In this document: piece by piece, positions 62,979-64,000 of the stretch
How the letters are laid out: each line of letters opens with the position of its first letter
How positions within the stretch are numbered: the stretch's first letter is position 1
NCBI GenBank assembly: GCA_015069215.1
Contig: SVJC01000001.1
Span: 25,896 to 89,895 of the forward strand
Direction of reading: 5' to 3'
Origin: Oscillospiraceae bacterium
GTDB lineage: Bacteria; Bacillota; Clostridia; Saccharofermentanales; Saccharofermentanaceae
Length of the DNA: 64,000 bases
Position numbers and translations under genes: made by a program
The notes under the pieces: model-generated
Told to the model about the DNA's origin: nothing
What the model saw: only the letters and a program-made list of their open reading frames with translations
The model's database searches: none

Positions 62979-64000
62979 TCACTTAAAATCCGGATGGTCT
63001 CCCCTGCTTTCAGCCACATGATAGCCTATGCGCTCAACCCTTCTTCTAAGGCACTGATTGCACTCTGCAGCCTCTTCTCCCGTGCATATCTTCCCGTCGT
63101 AAAGAAGATACTTTTTGCGGACACCCGAAGGCGACAGATTGGGCATCATGACATTTGCTCCCGCAAGGATCCCCTTCTCTCTTCCCAATGAATCCGCCGT
63201 TCCGAGTGCTGTCGTCGCAGGCAGCAAAACCTTGGGGAACAAGAGCCTTAAGACTGAAAGAAGCCTTAACGTGATCTCAACGCTTCCCTCGGGCTCGTCC
63301 CTGAAAGGCGTATCCTTATGAGGAATGAACGGTCCTATGCCGATCATGTGCGGTTCCAGCTTCTGCATGAAGACAATGTCTTCATAAATGTGCTTCATCG
63401 TCTGTCCCTGTGTTCCGATCATTATTCCGCAGCCTACCTGGAATCCGATGTCCTTGAGGTCAAACAGGCATTGCTTGCGTTCAGCTCCAGACATGTTTTC
63501 CGGATGGAGCATCGAATAATGCTCTTCATTTGCAGTCTCGTGACGGAGAAGATATCTGTCAGCGCCTGCATCGTAGAACTTCTTATAGCTTTCATAAGAC
63601 TTCTCGCCGATCGAGAGCGTAACGGCACACGAAGGATGAGCTGCCTTGATCTTTCTCACGAGCTCACAGATCCTGTCATCGGTAAAATAAGGATCCTCAC
63701 CGCCCTGAAGAACGAAAGTCTTAAAGCCTATCTTATCTCCGATATCACAACAGGAGAGTATCTCTTCTTCGGTAAGCCTGTATCTTTCCGCATTGGAATT
63801 GCCGCAGCGGATACCGCAGTAATAGCAGTTATTCCTGCAGTAGTTGGTGAATTCTATGAGGCCGCGGAGATATATCTCCTTATGAAATACCTGATCAGCT
63901 GCGTTTCTTGCAGCTTCGAAAAGATATTCCCTTTCAGATTCTCCGCCTGATTCCAATACATACGCAAGATCCTCTTCGGATATCTTACGTGTATCTTTCA
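62979..64000 (-). CDS. hydE: [FeFe]-hydrogenase maturase HydE-type radical SAM (5' end beyond window)
   Basis: LRGLIEFTNYCRNNCYYCGIR, YLLRHETA, GIGPFIPH.DTP, LLPATTALG and GANV.MPNLSP...Y.LYDGK. The frame stays open to the window edge. Confidence 0.82.
   Translation of the reverse strand, partial: KDTRKISEEDLAYVLESGGESEREYLFEAARNAADQVFHKEIYLRGLIEFTNYCRNNCYYCGIRCGNSNAERYRLTEEEILSCCDIGDKIGFKTFVLQGGEDPYFTDDRICELVRKIKAAHPSCAVTLSIGEKSYESYKKFYDAGADRYLLRHETANEEHYSMLHPENMSGAERKQCLFDLKDIGFQVGCGIMIGTQGQTMKHIYEDIVFMQKLEPHMIGIGPFIPHKDTPFRDEPEGSVEITLRLLSVLRLLFPKVLLPATTALGTADSLGREKGILAGANVMMPNLSPSGVRKKYLLYDGKICTGEEAAECNQCLRRRVERIGYHVAESRGDHPDFK

Noticed and set aside
62979-64000. Biotin synthase BioB or PylB call
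   Set aside because: The YLLRHETA, GIGPFIPH and Y.LYDGK motifs fit HydE better. hydF/hydG are not visible, so some uncertainty remains.
1-64000. rRNA, tRNA, IS transposase, integrase or prophage genes
   Set aside because: No recognisable motifs or cloverleaf-compatible intergenic space was found by manual reading.

Overview
A 64-kb chromosomal window from an anaerobic Clostridia-type Firmicute. The inferred lifestyle is rumen or gut, based on a partial GH10-like glycosidase, HydE, a T-box, KtrAB and MgtA; the taxonomy is inference only. About 55 genes lie mostly on the minus strand: transport (2 MATE, MgtA, KtrAB, CorA, ABC, DMT), 3 c-di-GMP enzymes, redox genes (OhrR-like/2 Gpx/flavodoxin/AKR), sulfur metabolism (iscS-iscU-rrf2-ttcA divergent from metY-cysK), envelope enzymes and many GNATs. 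I found no rRNA, tRNA, CRISPR array, integrase or transposase. The most interesting signals are: (1) a 36-aa leader peptide with 13 Met/Cys codons, set in a complete 1:2 / 2:3 / 3:4 attenuator ahead of metY-cysK, with paired palindromic operators on back-to-back promoters; (2) a duplicated Ser/Thr kinase locus with zinc-ribbon partners, swapped C-termini, a decayed mini-gene and a shared, covarying 5' leader; (3) a TIR-TM-Sel1-repeat receptor-like protein; (4) two intergenic elements with unrelated sequence but the same 62-nt/12-nt palindromic geometry, each just downstream of a zinc-ribbon gene; (5) a 1.2-kb YD-repeat lipoprotein gene inserted between two versions of a GNAT 5' end that share a perfect 21-bp core. 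All calls come from manual motif reading; no database searches were run.
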